Made by a program: the position numbers and the translations under genes
Source of the DNA: Hadesarchaea archaeon
Lineage (GTDB): Archaea > Hadarchaeota > Hadarchaeia > Hadarchaeales > Hadarchaeaceae
Reading direction: 5' to 3'
NCBI GenBank assembly: GCA_030672285.1
Contig: DAOVGS010000046.1
Location: 1-46,939 of the forward strand
Length of the DNA stretch: 46,939 nucleotides
Notes under the pieces: model-generated
Databases searched by the model: none
What the model was told of the DNA's origin: nothing
The model's input: the letters and a program-made list of their open reading frames with translations, nothing else
Shown: one piece after another, positions 35,945-45,439 of the stretch
Layout of the letters: each line of letters opens with the position of its first letter
Position numbering within the stretch: position 1 is the stretch's first letter

Positions 35945-36403
35945 TTAGTACCTTCTTCTACTCTGGCCCCTATCTCCGCCTCTGAATCCGCCGCCGTACC
36001 TCGGCCTGAACCCTTCGCGCTGCTGCTGCTCCGCGGCGCTGACATCGACTTCCATGTTGACATTTGGTATATCCTTGTCGGATTTTGTCATCTTGCCGTA
36101 TTTTCCGACGTTGAGGTGCATGTGTCCCCGCACGAGCGAGACGTATCCATTCTCTATAGACAGGACATCGCCCTCATTGACCGACCCGATCTGGTCCTGC
36201 CACAGGGAGAGTATAATCGTCCCGGTTTCGTCGCCCACCTTGGCCTCCGCCACCTTCTTTGCTTCTCCGCCGAATCTGTTGGGGATCTCTTTTGGCTCCC
36301 CGACACCCGTGACCTTCACCAGCACGTTTACTTTATCCGACCTAGGCGTCAGATCTTTTACCTTCGTTATTTCCACTGGGCTCTCTTCTATTTTTCCTTC
36401 CAT
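35945..36403 (-). CDS. ssb: Single-OB-fold ssDNA-binding protein with RG-rich tail
   Basis: KVKDL.P....VN..VKV, VAEA.VGDETG.I.LSLW, IENGY, LNVGKYG. Confidence 0.88.
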   Translation of the reverse strand: MEGKIEESPVEITKVKDLTPRSDKVNVLVKVTGVGEPKEIPNRFGGEAKKVAEAKVGDETGTIILSLWQDQIGSVNEGDVLSIENGYVSLVRGHMHLNVGKYGKMTKSDKDIPNVNMEVDVSAAEQQQREGFRPRYGGGFRGGDRGQSRRRY

Positions 36404-36646
36404 TCTATCCCTTCCTCAGTTGTGCGTGCCACGTATAAATAGTGATGCATGAAACTTTTTTAGTAAATGCTGTGATGACAAGATGGTGAAAAAAATCTGG
36501 CGAACGGCAATGGTGATTGGAGGAGAGGTTTGAGCGTAAGGGTGAAAGAGTGTTCCTGAAGCAGGAGGAGAGCTACAGGATGATAAAAGCGATCAATGGG
36601 CTTTTCGACAAGATTCTCCCGTATGATTCGTCTTATGCGCCGATTA

Positions 36647-37261
36647 TCATAAAATTTCGTCAAGACTTTTAAGGTTAAACTCTGTGTTAGCACAACCGTT
36701 CTTGACGAGGAAGACCGCCTGACCGGGTATATTCTTGTTTTTAAGGGGTTCTCCCCCTTCCTTCAGTTCTTGGCTGCACGCAACTCCGACGACTCCTTCG
36801 TACGGGTTTTTCTTTAGTATTTGGGGTATGCAGGTGCCGCCTGGCAACACGTAAACATCGTATCCTCTTTCTTTTCCCAGCGCGGTTGCTTTGTTGATCA
36901 AACAGTCGGAGGAGCAGTGGGCGCAGTAGTAAGAGGGAATCTTTGGGTCGAAACGCGCTTGGCACCTGTTGTCCATGTATTTTCTCGAGCAATGAGGCAG
37001 AAAAAGTGCTCTCTTTTTGGTTTTCAGAAACTTCTCTTTATCTAAAAGATTTCTAACGTATACGTCCACGAAATCTTCGAGGAGCATGGAAGCATCAGAG
37101 ATATCCATACCCGTGAGTTCGCAAATCTTGAGCTTCTCGGCTAAGTATCGCACATTTCTCCCGACCCTCCTGTGTATATTTTTTTCATATGCAGCCGTAG
37201 CAAGTCCCCTGAAGAAGGATTTGGACAGGCGCGATACGTCAAAGTTGAATCCGTATGGCAT
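36647..37261 (-). CDS. DUF116-family Cys-rich protein
   Basis: LFLPHCSR, C..C...C, VLPGG, VVGVAC..EL, GC..T; ATG 37261 is the likely start. Confidence 0.85.
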   Translation of the reverse strand: MPYGFNFDVSRLSKSFFRGLATAAYEKNIHRRVGRNVRYLAEKLKICELTGMDISDASMLLEDFVDVYVRNLLDKEKFLKTKKRALFLPHCSRKYMDNRCQARFDPKIPSYYCAHCSSDCLINKATALGKERGYDVYVLPGGTCIPQILKKNPYEGVVGVACSQELKEGGEPLKNKNIPGQAVFLVKNGCANTEFNLKSLDEIL

Positions 37262-37496
37262 GTTTGTAATGTTGACGGCCAAGCGTTTAAGGTTTAGGAC
37301 GAAAATTACAATGTCGGCATCTTGAACAGTTTGAATTGACGTCTACGAAACGATGAGGGACGGGTATATGCGCCCGACGATCATTTATTTCAATCCGTTA
37401 GCGTTTTTCGAATTAATCCTTTTTAACCATTTTAACTTTTGTCTAAACGATCAATAAAATCAAAATGGTATGGGCACCTTCGGAACTACTGACCTA

Positions 37497-38495
37497 TCAA
37501 AATTCCCGTTTGATCGTGAAATCCGCTAACTCCGACAAAACTTCCCTCGCCCCCGACTCCGGCAGCGCCTTCAGCTTTGATTTAGCTTGGGCGACGAGCT
37601 CCCGCGCTCTTTCGGCCACGTAATCGATCGCGCCCGCGCGCTTCAGCACATCGATCGCGGCCTTTAGCTCGGCCTCCGAAGCATCACGCTTGCCGAGCGC
37701 GCGCAAGAGCGTGGCTTTGTCATCTGGGGGTGCGGTGGTGAGGGCTCTGACCACGATGAGCGTTCGCTTGCCCTCCCGGATGTCGCTTCCTATCGGCTTG
37801 CCGAACTTTTCCCGCTCACCGGCCACGCCGAGCACATCATCCTGCATTTGAAATGCCATCCCAATCAATCGTCCGTATTCTGTGAGCGCGCGGACTTGCT
37901 CTGGCTTTCCCTTCCCCAAGAGGACCCCAACCTTCGCGGACGCCTCGAGAAGCGCCCCGGTCTTCCCGCTGACCATGCGCATGTACTCTGTTTCAGTCAC
38001 ATCAGCGCGCCCCTCGAACAGCATGTCGAGCGCCTGTCCCTGACAGATCTCGAAACTCGCCTTGCTCAGGGTATCGAAAAGCTCGACCGCGCGCGCGCCG
38101 TCCAACCCGAGTCGCTTGGCGTTCGCCGCCGCTGCCTCGAACACCTTCGCGAAGAGGGCGTCGCCAGCTATGATCGCAACGGGCTCTCCCCAGAGCACGT
38201 GTACCGTCTTCACGTTTCGCCTGAACTCGTCCCGATCCATGATGTCGTCGTGGATGAGGGTGAAGTTGTGCAGAAGCTCGAGTGCCGTCGCTGCCTCGAG
38301 CGCGTCCTCTGCCTTTCCCCCCACCGCCTCGCATGCCGTGAGCGCCAAGCACGGGCGAAGTCGCTTCCCGCCCGCCTCAATCATGTGCCTCGTCGCGCGC
38401 GCCAAGACTTCCGGCTCGAGCTCTCGGGGCACCCAGCGATTGATCTCCCGCTCGACCATGTGGGTCCGTTCTTCGAGGTACTTCAGCACATCCAT
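37497..38495 (-). CDS. idsA: Geranylgeranyl diphosphate synthase (polyprenyl synthase)
   Basis: GGKRLRP, FTLIHDDIMD..RR, GQALD, KTGAL, FQMQDD, GSDIREGK. Confidence 0.95.
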   Translation of the reverse strand: MDVLKYLEERTHMVEREINRWVPRELEPEVLARATRHMIEAGGKRLRPCLALTACEAVGGKAEDALEAATALELLHNFTLIHDDIMDRDEFRRNVKTVHVLWGEPVAIIAGDALFAKVFEAAAANAKRLGLDGARAVELFDTLSKASFEICQGQALDMLFEGRADVTETEYMRMVSGKTGALLEASAKVGVLLGKGKPEQVRALTEYGRLIGMAFQMQDDVLGVAGEREKFGKPIGSDIREGKRTLIVVRALTTAPPDDKATLLRALGKRDASEAELKAAIDVLKRAGAIDYVAERARELVAQAKSKLKALPESGAREVLSELADFTIKREF

Positions 38496-39818
38496 TTAAT
38501 CCAACCTCAAGCACGACCCATTTCGGAGCAGGTGCATGTGCTCGCTCGGGTACCCAAGCTCCCGCCCAAGCTCTGCCATCAGCCTGAGCTTGTCCATGGT
38601 GCTATGGCAGGGGATTAGATGTTCGGGCTTTGTGAACTCAAGGAACTCCTTGGTGTCGATTCGCGCGGCGTGGCCCGATACATGGACATCGCGGTGGATG
38701 CGGGCGCCTTGGGCACGGAGCTTGGTCTCCAGGAGCTCGCGATTGGATTCATTTATCGGGTTCGGGATGACGCTCGCCGAGAAGATCACCTCATCGCCCC
38801 GTCTGACCTTGAACGGAAGCTGACCATTTGCGATGCGCGAGAGCACCGATGTCGGCTCCCCCTGGTGTCCCGTACAAACTAGCACGTAATCGCCCTTTGA
38901 TTTCTCGATCCCACGAAGCAAGTTGTGCACCGCGTTCGGGCGCCCGTGGATGCGCAGCTCGGGCGGGAAGTCCACCAACCCGAGGTCGAGCGCTGCCGTG
39001 CAGTAGTTGCGCAGCGAGCGCCCGACCAGCACGGGGGTGCGGCCGAGCTCGAACGATAGGTCGACGATCGATTTTAACCTAGTGATGTGGGACGAGAAGG
39101 TCGTCACGAGCACCGCCCTGCCGGTGGAGTCCGCCTCTCCCATCGCCTCCCGGAGCATCTCCCGTGCGTGTCCCTCCGATTGGGTGGGACCGGGTTCGTC
39201 CACCCTTATCGCCCCGACTATGGCCGCGAGCAAGCCATCGTGGGCGAGCCGCTTCAGGCGCGTACGGTCGGTTTTATACCCAAGCAAGGGCTCCTCATCG
39301 AGTTTGAAATCGCTCGCGCAGAGCAGAGTTCCACTTGCACCTCGGGCGGCGACGAAGACCGTCTGGAGGATGCTGTGGGCGGCGGGGATGAACTCGAGCT
39401 CGATGTCATCCACCCTCACGCTATCCCCCGGCATCACCGCGCGAAGCTCGTTCTTGACCTTGAAGACGTGCTCTTCACGTATGACACGCTTGACCAGCTC
39501 AAGGGTGAAAGGAGTGCCGTAAATTGGGGCATTGTAGGCGTGCGCGAGCTTTCCCACCGCGCCTATGTGGTCGAGGTGGCCGTGGGTGAGCACGATTGCC
39601 CGAACCTTCCGGTTGCGGAGCAAGCTGTCGTCGGGGATCCCATTTATGTTTATGAGCTCCCTACGGCTCATCTCCCCTAACTCCGCATCCTCGAACGCCA
39701 TGATGCTGTCGAGCCTTATCCCCATGTCCACGATGATGTAGTTTCCATCAAAGCCCAAGGCAGTCATGTTCTTGCCGACTTCCCCCAGGCCGCCGATGGG
39801 TAATATTTCGACCGTCAT
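38496..39818 (-). CDS. rnj: Archaeal RNase J family beta-CASP ribonuclease
   Basis: [37 protein letters not shown] 39818 overlaps the fni stop. Confidence 0.94.
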   Translation of the reverse strand: MTVEILPIGGLGEVGKNMTALGFDGNYIIVDMGIRLDSIMAFEDAELGEMSRRELININGIPDDSLLRNRKVRAIVLTHGHLDHIGAVGKLAHAYNAPIYGTPFTLELVKRVIREEHVFKVKNELRAVMPGDSVRVDDIELEFIPAAHSILQTVFVAARGASGTLLCASDFKLDEEPLLGYKTDRTRLKRLAHDGLLAAIVGAIRVDEPGPTQSEGHAREMLREAMGEADSTGRAVLVTTFSSHITRLKSIVDLSFELGRTPVLVGRSLRNYCTAALDLGLVDFPPELRIHGRPNAVHNLLRGIEKSKGDYVLVCTGHQGEPTSVLSRIANGQLPFKVRRGDEVIFSASVIPNPINESNRELLETKLRAQGARIHRDVHVSGHAARIDTKEFLEFTKPEHLIPCHSTMDKLRLMAELGRELGYPSEHMHLLRNGSCLRLD

Positions 39819-40900
39819 CGCCTTTCTCGCCTCCCCAGCTCGTTGGGACTCAGGCCGCGGGCGAGGAACCACTCACGCGTCCTACCTGTGATTACCAACG
39901 GCACTTTTCTGAGCTCTCGAATTCGCTTGCAGCCCGTGAGGAACATCGCCGCGCGCAGCTCCGCGATGAAATCATTTAAAACCCCAACGACCGCACGCTT
40001 GCCCCTCGACGCAGCTCGGAGGAGGGGGAGCGCTATTCCGACGAGATTGGCGCCGAGTGCGAGTGCCTTCGCGGCATCGAGCCCCGTGCGTACCCCGCCG
40101 CTCGAGATCACGGGCACCCTGACTGCCTTGGTCACCTCCGCGGTGCAAACGGCAGTTGGAATTCCCCAGTCCCAGAAGGTGATGCCCAAGCGAGCGCGCT
40201 TTGCCGACCGAAACGTCTCCACCCCAGCCCAAGCAGTCCCCCCAGCTCCGCTGACATCAATCCCCTTCGCACCTGCTCTCACGAGCTTTCGAGCAGCTTC
40301 GGCACTCAGCCCGCTGCCTGTCTCCTTTGCTATCACGGGGATCTTAAGCCCTCGGCAAACTTCGGTGAATTTTACCATGCCCCCACGATACATGGGCTCC
40401 CCCCCGGGCTGCGCGAGCTCCTGCAGCGGGTTCATGTGGATCGAAAGCGCGTCAGCATCAATCATCTCGACCGCTCGGCTGGCCTCCGCTACGCCGTAAC
40501 CCTGGGTCAGCTGGGGCATGCCTAGGTTGCCCACAAGAAATACATCTGGGGCGACGCTTCGGACCTCGTAGGTCTTCGCCAGCTTCGGGTTCTCGAGTGC
40601 CGCACGCTGGCTGCCCACGCTGAAAGCCAAACCAAGCTCCTGCGCTGCCGATGCCAAGGCTAAGTTCAGCTTTCGCCCCCGCTGATGCCCGCCTGTCATC
40701 GAGCATATCATGATCGGCACCTCCAGCCTTGTCCCGAGGAAGGATGTGCGCAGGCCGATGTCCTCGAGGTCGAGTTCCGGAAGGGCGTTGTGTACGAACT
40801 CCACGTCCTCGAAACCTGGGGACTTGAAGAGGCTCTCGACATCCCGCTCCAAACAAATTCGGATGTGATCCAGCTTGCGAGCAGTAGTTCTTCCGCTCAT
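39815..40900 (-). CDS. fni: Type 2 isopentenyl-diphosphate delta-isomerase
   Basis: RK.DHI, MTGG, GSQR, H.NPLQE..QP.G, KETG.G, GAGGT.W, WGIPT. Confidence 0.96.
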   Translation of the reverse strand: MSGRTTARKLDHIRICLERDVESLFKSPGFEDVEFVHNALPELDLEDIGLRTSFLGTRLEVPIMICSMTGGHQRGRKLNLALASAAQELGLAFSVGSQRAALENPKLAKTYEVRSVAPDVFLVGNLGMPQLTQGYGVAEASRAVEMIDADALSIHMNPLQELAQPGGEPMYRGGMVKFTEVCRGLKIPVIAKETGSGLSAEAARKLVRAGAKGIDVSGAGGTAWAGVETFRSAKRARLGITFWDWGIPTAVCTAEVTKAVRVPVISSGGVRTGLDAAKALALGANLVGIALPLLRAASRGKRAVVGVLNDFIAELRAAMFLTGCKRIRELRKVPLVITGRTREWFLARGLSPNELGRRERR

Positions 40901-40904
40901 ACCC

Positions 40905-41693
40905 TCACCTCGCCACCACGCGTGTGCCGAGCCCCCGTTCCCCGAGGATCGCCCGCCTCAGGGTACCGGGCTTCGTCGCGTTAACTATCTCCGCCTCCAC
41001 CCTGCGCTCGGCCAACGCGAGCAGCTCCCGCACCTTGTTCGCCATCCCGCCCGTGACGTCCTTACCCCCAGCTGAGCTAATTGACTCCACGAGCTTCGGC
41101 CAGTTCGCGAGCGTTATCTCCGGCACGAGCTTTGCATTGCGATCAACTTTTGGGTCGCCCGTATAAACCCCGTCCACATCCACCCCTAGAACGACGCGCC
41201 CGGCCCCAAGTTCCCGCGCTAGGTAGACGATGAGCTGATCACCCGAGAGTATACACATCCCTCGGCTCAAATCTGGCACCGCATCCCCATACAAAATGGG
41301 TGCCAAGCCGAGCTCAAGCAATTTTTTTATTGGCGCTAACTCCATCGATTGAATCCGACCATCGCTGACCACCGCGCAGGCTGAGGGGGGGATCGCGATC
41401 GCCGGCAGACCAGCTTTTTGGAGGGCATCGATGACGTGGGCGTTGAGCCGCTCCATGGCACGATGGGTGAGCGATAGACCCATCAGTTGTCGTTCGTTCT
41501 TGTATCCTTCATCAATCTTGTACTTGGACGCTAGCGGGTGTCCAAACGAGCCGCCACCATGCACGACGACGAGGGGCCCTTTAACCGTGGCTAACTCGCT
41601 CGCAAGCCGTTTGAGGGCCGACCGCTTGACCGCGAACCGTCTGTGCTTGTCGGTTATGACGCTCCCGCCAAGCTTCACAATTAATGGTTTCAT
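40905..41693 (-). CDS. ipk: Isopentenyl phosphate kinase
   Basis: [30 protein letters not shown]. Confidence 0.95.
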   Translation of the reverse strand: MKPLIVKLGGSVITDKHRRFAVKRSALKRLASELATVKGPLVVVHGGGSFGHPLASKYKIDEGYKNERQLMGLSLTHRAMERLNAHVIDALQKAGLPAIAIPPSACAVVSDGRIQSMELAPIKKLLELGLAPILYGDAVPDLSRGMCILSGDQLIVYLARELGAGRVVLGVDVDGVYTGDPKVDRNAKLVPEITLANWPKLVESISSAGGKDVTGGMANKVRELLALAERRVEAEIVNATKPGTLRRAILGERGLGTRVVAR

Positions 41694-41696
41694 GGG

Positions 41697-42536
41697 TCAC
41701 CTCAAAATCGCGATGCTTCCATACCCTACGACCTGCGCCATCGGCCCCGCTGTCTCGCCGCTCGTCGCGTACTTCAGTAGCTTCGCCTTTTTTGCCCCAA
41801 GTTTTTTCGCGGCTTGCAACATCGCCGAAACCGCCCCGTAACCGCACATGGTGATTGCCTCCTCCTCAACAGTATGCACCAAGCCTGCCGCATCTAGCGC
41901 CAATATTTTGTCTATCGCCTTGTGATTTTTCTCGGCGGCCAATCGTTGCGGTTCATAGTGGGTGAAATCTGTTGATGCGATGATGGCGACATCCTTCCCA
42001 GCCGACGCCTCAGCGATGGCATCCCCGACCTCCTTGCTCGTCCGCTCATCCTGCAACATCATGCATATCGGCACAATTTTGAACTCAGCATTGAAGAGGT
42101 GCTGGAGGAACGGGAGCTGGACCTCGAGCGAGTGCTCGTGAGCATGGGCGACCGCGTCGACGTCGATGATGCCGGACGCTTGCTTGATCGCCCCGCTCAG
42201 CACCTCGTCTATTTGGATTTCTCCTAAGGGAGTTTGCCACTTCCCCGAGGTAATTATCGAAACACCTGAACCCGCGCCCGAGTGATTGGGCCCAATGATT
42301 ACGATCGAGCTCGGCTTGCCGTCCCGCGCCATCTGAGCGAACCCATGCGCAGCGACCGGTCCCGAGTACATGTAACCCGCGTGGGGGGAGACTAAGCCCA
42401 CGAGCTGCCTCGGCCCGGCCTTCACCTTCGGCACTCCCCCCGGACCGTGTTGATGAGCGTAACACCACTCTATTTGCTCCAAAAGGTCCGCTCGGGTACC
42501 CTCGTAAAATTGCCCTGCGACCACCGGGGGCCTCAC
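41697..42536 (-). CDS. MEMO1-family protein
   Basis: VAGQFY, PHAGYMYSG, GPNH, EHSLEVQLPFLQ, STDFTHY, MCG, VVGY. Confidence 0.95.
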   Translation of the reverse strand: MRPPVVAGQFYEGTRADLLEQIEWCYAHQHGPGGVPKVKAGPRQLVGLVSPHAGYMYSGPVAAHGFAQMARDGKPSSIVIIGPNHSGAGSGVSIITSGKWQTPLGEIQIDEVLSGAIKQASGIIDVDAVAHAHEHSLEVQLPFLQHLFNAEFKIVPICMMLQDERTSKEVGDAIAEASAGKDVAIIASTDFTHYEPQRLAAEKNHKAIDKILALDAAGLVHTVEEEAITMCGYGAVSAMLQAAKKLGAKKAKLLKYATSGETAGPMAQVVGYGSIAILR

Positions 42537-43166
42537 CTACTCACCCTCCGGCTTAGTCTCGAACTCCTCGACCGAGACCTCGAACGGCGCCTCTGGCGAG
42601 AGCTGCCCCCGCTCCCGAAGCACTTGGCGCGCGAGCAACCAGTAAACGAGCGCGAGCGCCTTGCGCCCCTTGTTGTTCGTTGGGATGATGAGGTCTATGT
42701 CAGCCGTTTCGTTGTCCGTGTCGCAGAACCCAACCACGGGAATGCCCTCCTCAGCCGCCTCACGCATGGGCTGCTCATCCGCCAGCGGGTCGGTGATGAC
42801 AAGCGCGGCCGGCTCAATGTATCCCTTGTAGGAGGGGTTTGTAAAAGTGCCCGGGACGAATCTACCAACCATAGCCCTGGCCCCGGTCACCTCGCCGAAC
42901 CGCTGCGCCGGGCGCTGCCCGTACTGCCGGGCCGAAACCGCGATCACGCTCGCCGGCTCAAATCGCGCCAGAAACCTCCCGGCCAGACTTACGCGCTCGT
43001 CGGTCTTTCGGACGTCTAACACGTAAAGCCCATCGGGCCGCACGCGGTAGATGAAAGGGGCCATCGCGCCCGTCTTCTGCCGGGTCCCTATGTGGACACC
43101 GCTCGAGAGGTAGGTGTCGAAATCCACTAGCCCGACCACGCCTTCCGCAAATTCGGGTGTGCTCAT
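42537..43166 (-). CDS. rps2: 30S ribosomal protein S2 (uS2)
   Basis: [41 protein letters not shown]. Confidence 0.97.
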   Translation of the reverse strand: MSTPEFAEGVVGLVDFDTYLSSGVHIGTRQKTGAMAPFIYRVRPDGLYVLDVRKTDERVSLAGRFLARFEPASVIAVSARQYGQRPAQRFGEVTGARAMVGRFVPGTFTNPSYKGYIEPAALVITDPLADEQPMREAAEEGIPVVGFCDTDNETADIDLIIPTNNKGRKALALVYWLLARQVLRERGQLSPEAPFEVSVEEFETKPEGE

Positions 43167-44443
43167 CGTAGCATCCCCATTTTCGCCTTTGCTCCCAATT
43201 TTTCCTCAATCCGAATTAACTCATTAAGTTTGGCCACCCGCTCGCCACCGGCCACGCCCGTCTTGATGAGGGGACAACCCCACGCCACAGCTAGGTGGGC
43301 AATTGTTTCGTCTGGGGTCTCCCCTGAGCGATGGGACATCACGGGCACGTAATCATGTTTCTTCGCCAATTTTACCGCCGCTAGTGTATCGCTGAGCGTC
43401 CCTATCTGGTTTGGTTTTATTAGCACGGCATTCGCTGCCCCAGCTTTTATACCTTTCTGGATTCGCCCTACGTTCGTTACGAAGAGGTCATCGCCGCAGA
43501 TCAAGCACCGCTTGCCGGCCTTCCGCGTGAGCTCGGCGAACCCATCGAAATCCTCCTCGTGCATCGGATCCTCGACGTAGAAGAGCTTGTAAGTTTCAAT
43601 CAATCCGAGGATGAAATCTATTTGTTCCCCCTGATCCCGACTCACGCCCTCGCGCTCGTAAACGTGCTTTTGTTTTTTTGTATCGTACAGGCTGCTCGAG
43701 GCAACGTCTAGGGCCGGCCTCATCTCAAACCCCACCTCACCCACAACCTCTTCGCATGCCCGCGCTACGACTTCGAGAGCGTCGAGGTTGTTTAGGTTCG
43801 GTGCCCAAGCCCCCTCATCACCCTTGCCGCCCGTGAATGTCTCATTTTTTTGCTCAAGCAGACCTTTGACCTTTTTGTGAACTTGGGAGTTTGCAGATGC
43901 AGCGTCGACAAAGCTGATTGCGCCAACGGGGATCGATAGAAACTCTTGGATATCGGGCGCCTGCTTACCGGCGTGCGCTCCGCCGCCCAGCACGTTCCCG
44001 AGCGGGTAAGGGAGCCGAACTGCCTGCCCGCCCCCTAAATATTTGAACAGAAGCATGCCACGTGCGGAAGCCGCAGCTTTGGCCACTGCAGCCGAAATTG
44101 CCACTGCCACGTTGCCGCCTAGCTTGGAAAAGTTGGGCGTACCGTCGAGTTCATGAAGGAGCAAATCGATTTCCCCCTGCCTGTCAGCTATCTTACCGAT
44201 CAGTTTTGGCGCAACTATCTTTCTCACCGCCTCAGTTGATACATCCACCCCACCCCTAGGGAACGCTATGACCTCGTGCTTGCCCTTGCTCGCCCCGCGG
44301 GGGGCTGCAGCTCGACCGAACCCGGCCCTAACTCGCCGCTTATCTTGCACGACGACATCAACCTCGATGGTTGGGTTGCCTCGGCTGTCCAAGACCTTGC
44401 GCGCGGCAATGCTGTCAATGGTGAGCTTCTCCAAACTGGCCAC
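43163..44443 (-). CDS. eno: Enolase
   Basis: [40 protein letters not shown]; the catalytic motifs appear intact. Confidence 0.97.
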   Translation of the reverse strand: MASLEKLTIDSIAARKVLDSRGNPTIEVDVVVQDKRRVRAGFGRAAAPRGASKGKHEVIAFPRGGVDVSTEAVRKIVAPKLIGKIADRQGEIDLLLHELDGTPNFSKLGGNVAVAISAAVAKAAASARGMLLFKYLGGGQAVRLPYPLGNVLGGGAHAGKQAPDIQEFLSIPVGAISFVDAASANSQVHKKVKGLLEQKNETFTGGKGDEGAWAPNLNNLDALEVVARACEEVVGEVGFEMRPALDVASSSLYDTKKQKHVYEREGVSRDQGEQIDFILGLIETYKLFYVEDPMHEEDFDGFAELTRKAGKRCLICGDDLFVTNVGRIQKGIKAGAANAVLIKPNQIGTLSDTLAAVKLAKKHDYVPVMSHRSGETPDETIAHLAVAWGCPLIKTGVAGGERVAKLNELIRIEEKLGAKAKMGMLR

Positions 44444-44561
44444 CTATCCGACATCACCGACAGCCTTTAAAAATTACTTCCATTAGGGATGTGGGGAGGT
44501 TTGTAAAATATTTTAAAACACCTGAATCTGCTAAATTAACCTTGAATGGATTATCTTTTGC

Positions 44562-45434
44562 TTAGAGGATCCACCCGTGGGTCAATATAGAAACGTTATT
44601 ATCTGCGTCGATGATGGCGTTACCAAATCCCCAACCCGGAATGTATATGCCTTTCCAACCATCATAGTAGTCGAAAGTATACGTGCTATCTGTCTTGACG
44701 AAATTAAATGGAACAATTTTGTTAACATTTAAGTGGCCCAAATGATCTTCAGCATAGGGTGAGGTGGGCTTCTTTGAAACTATAATCGACATTGCTTGAA
44801 GTTCGTCGCTCGTTGTTGCAGTATACTCATTCTCTACGGTTATCCCACCTGTGCGGTTGTCATAAATGAACACGATGGAATTTTGCTCGCTGACCACGGC
44901 CCCTACCGCGAAATTGTCGTTCTCCGCAGCTCGCACGCAGAAGTAAAGCTCCACGTTCTCCGCGGAAACCCCCTCCCTAGAAGCGAGAGCATTGGTGATC
45001 TCCGTCAGCGGCATCTCAACCCCTACCTCTTTCAAAGTAATCTCCGAAACTTGCTTATCTTCAACCCCAAGCTGAACCGTCTCGCTGTGAGATTCATACC
45101 CCGATTTGGTCACCGAGAGACTGTAGCTCTCGTCGCCCTCCAAACCGATAAACTCGTAATAGCCACTAGAATCAGTGGTTGCCGACTGTCCGTCCAGAGT
45201 TACGGTTGCACCGGCTACGGCTACACCATCGGTTTTCACGTAACCGTATATTTTGTATGTTACCTCTGGAGGGGTTACCTCTGGAGGGCGGGTACCTAGG
45301 TAAATTGCGGCAACGCATATAATAGCGATGATGATGATTACCCCCAAAATACGTCTGCGTCTAACCATTCTCTCAGGCTCCGTTGGGGGGATTTCTTCAA
45401 CAGTGCTGACCTTAACTTGCCTGTTGATATTCAT
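44562..45434 (-). CDS. Membrane-anchored protein with a carboxypeptidase-regulatory-like beta-sandwich domain
   Basis: TM helix after RRRR; G.V...G..VAGATV...TTDSSGYYEF..L...Y.L.V.KSGY; SD GGAGG. Confidence 0.75.
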   Translation of the reverse strand: MNINRQVKVSTVEEIPPTEPERMVRRRRILGVIIIIAIICVAAIYLGTRPPEVTPPEVTYKIYGYVKTDGVAVAGATVTLDGQSATTDSSGYYEFIGLEGDESYSLSVTKSGYESHSETVQLGVEDKQVSEITLKEVGVEMPLTEITNALASREGVSAENVELYFCVRAAENDNFAVGAVVSEQNSIVFIYDNRTGGITVENEYTATTSDELQAMSIIVSKKPTSPYAEDHLGHLNVNKIVPFNFVKTDSTYTFDYYDGWKGIYIPGWGFGNAIIDADNNVSILTHGWIL

Positions 45435-45439
45435 GCCTC

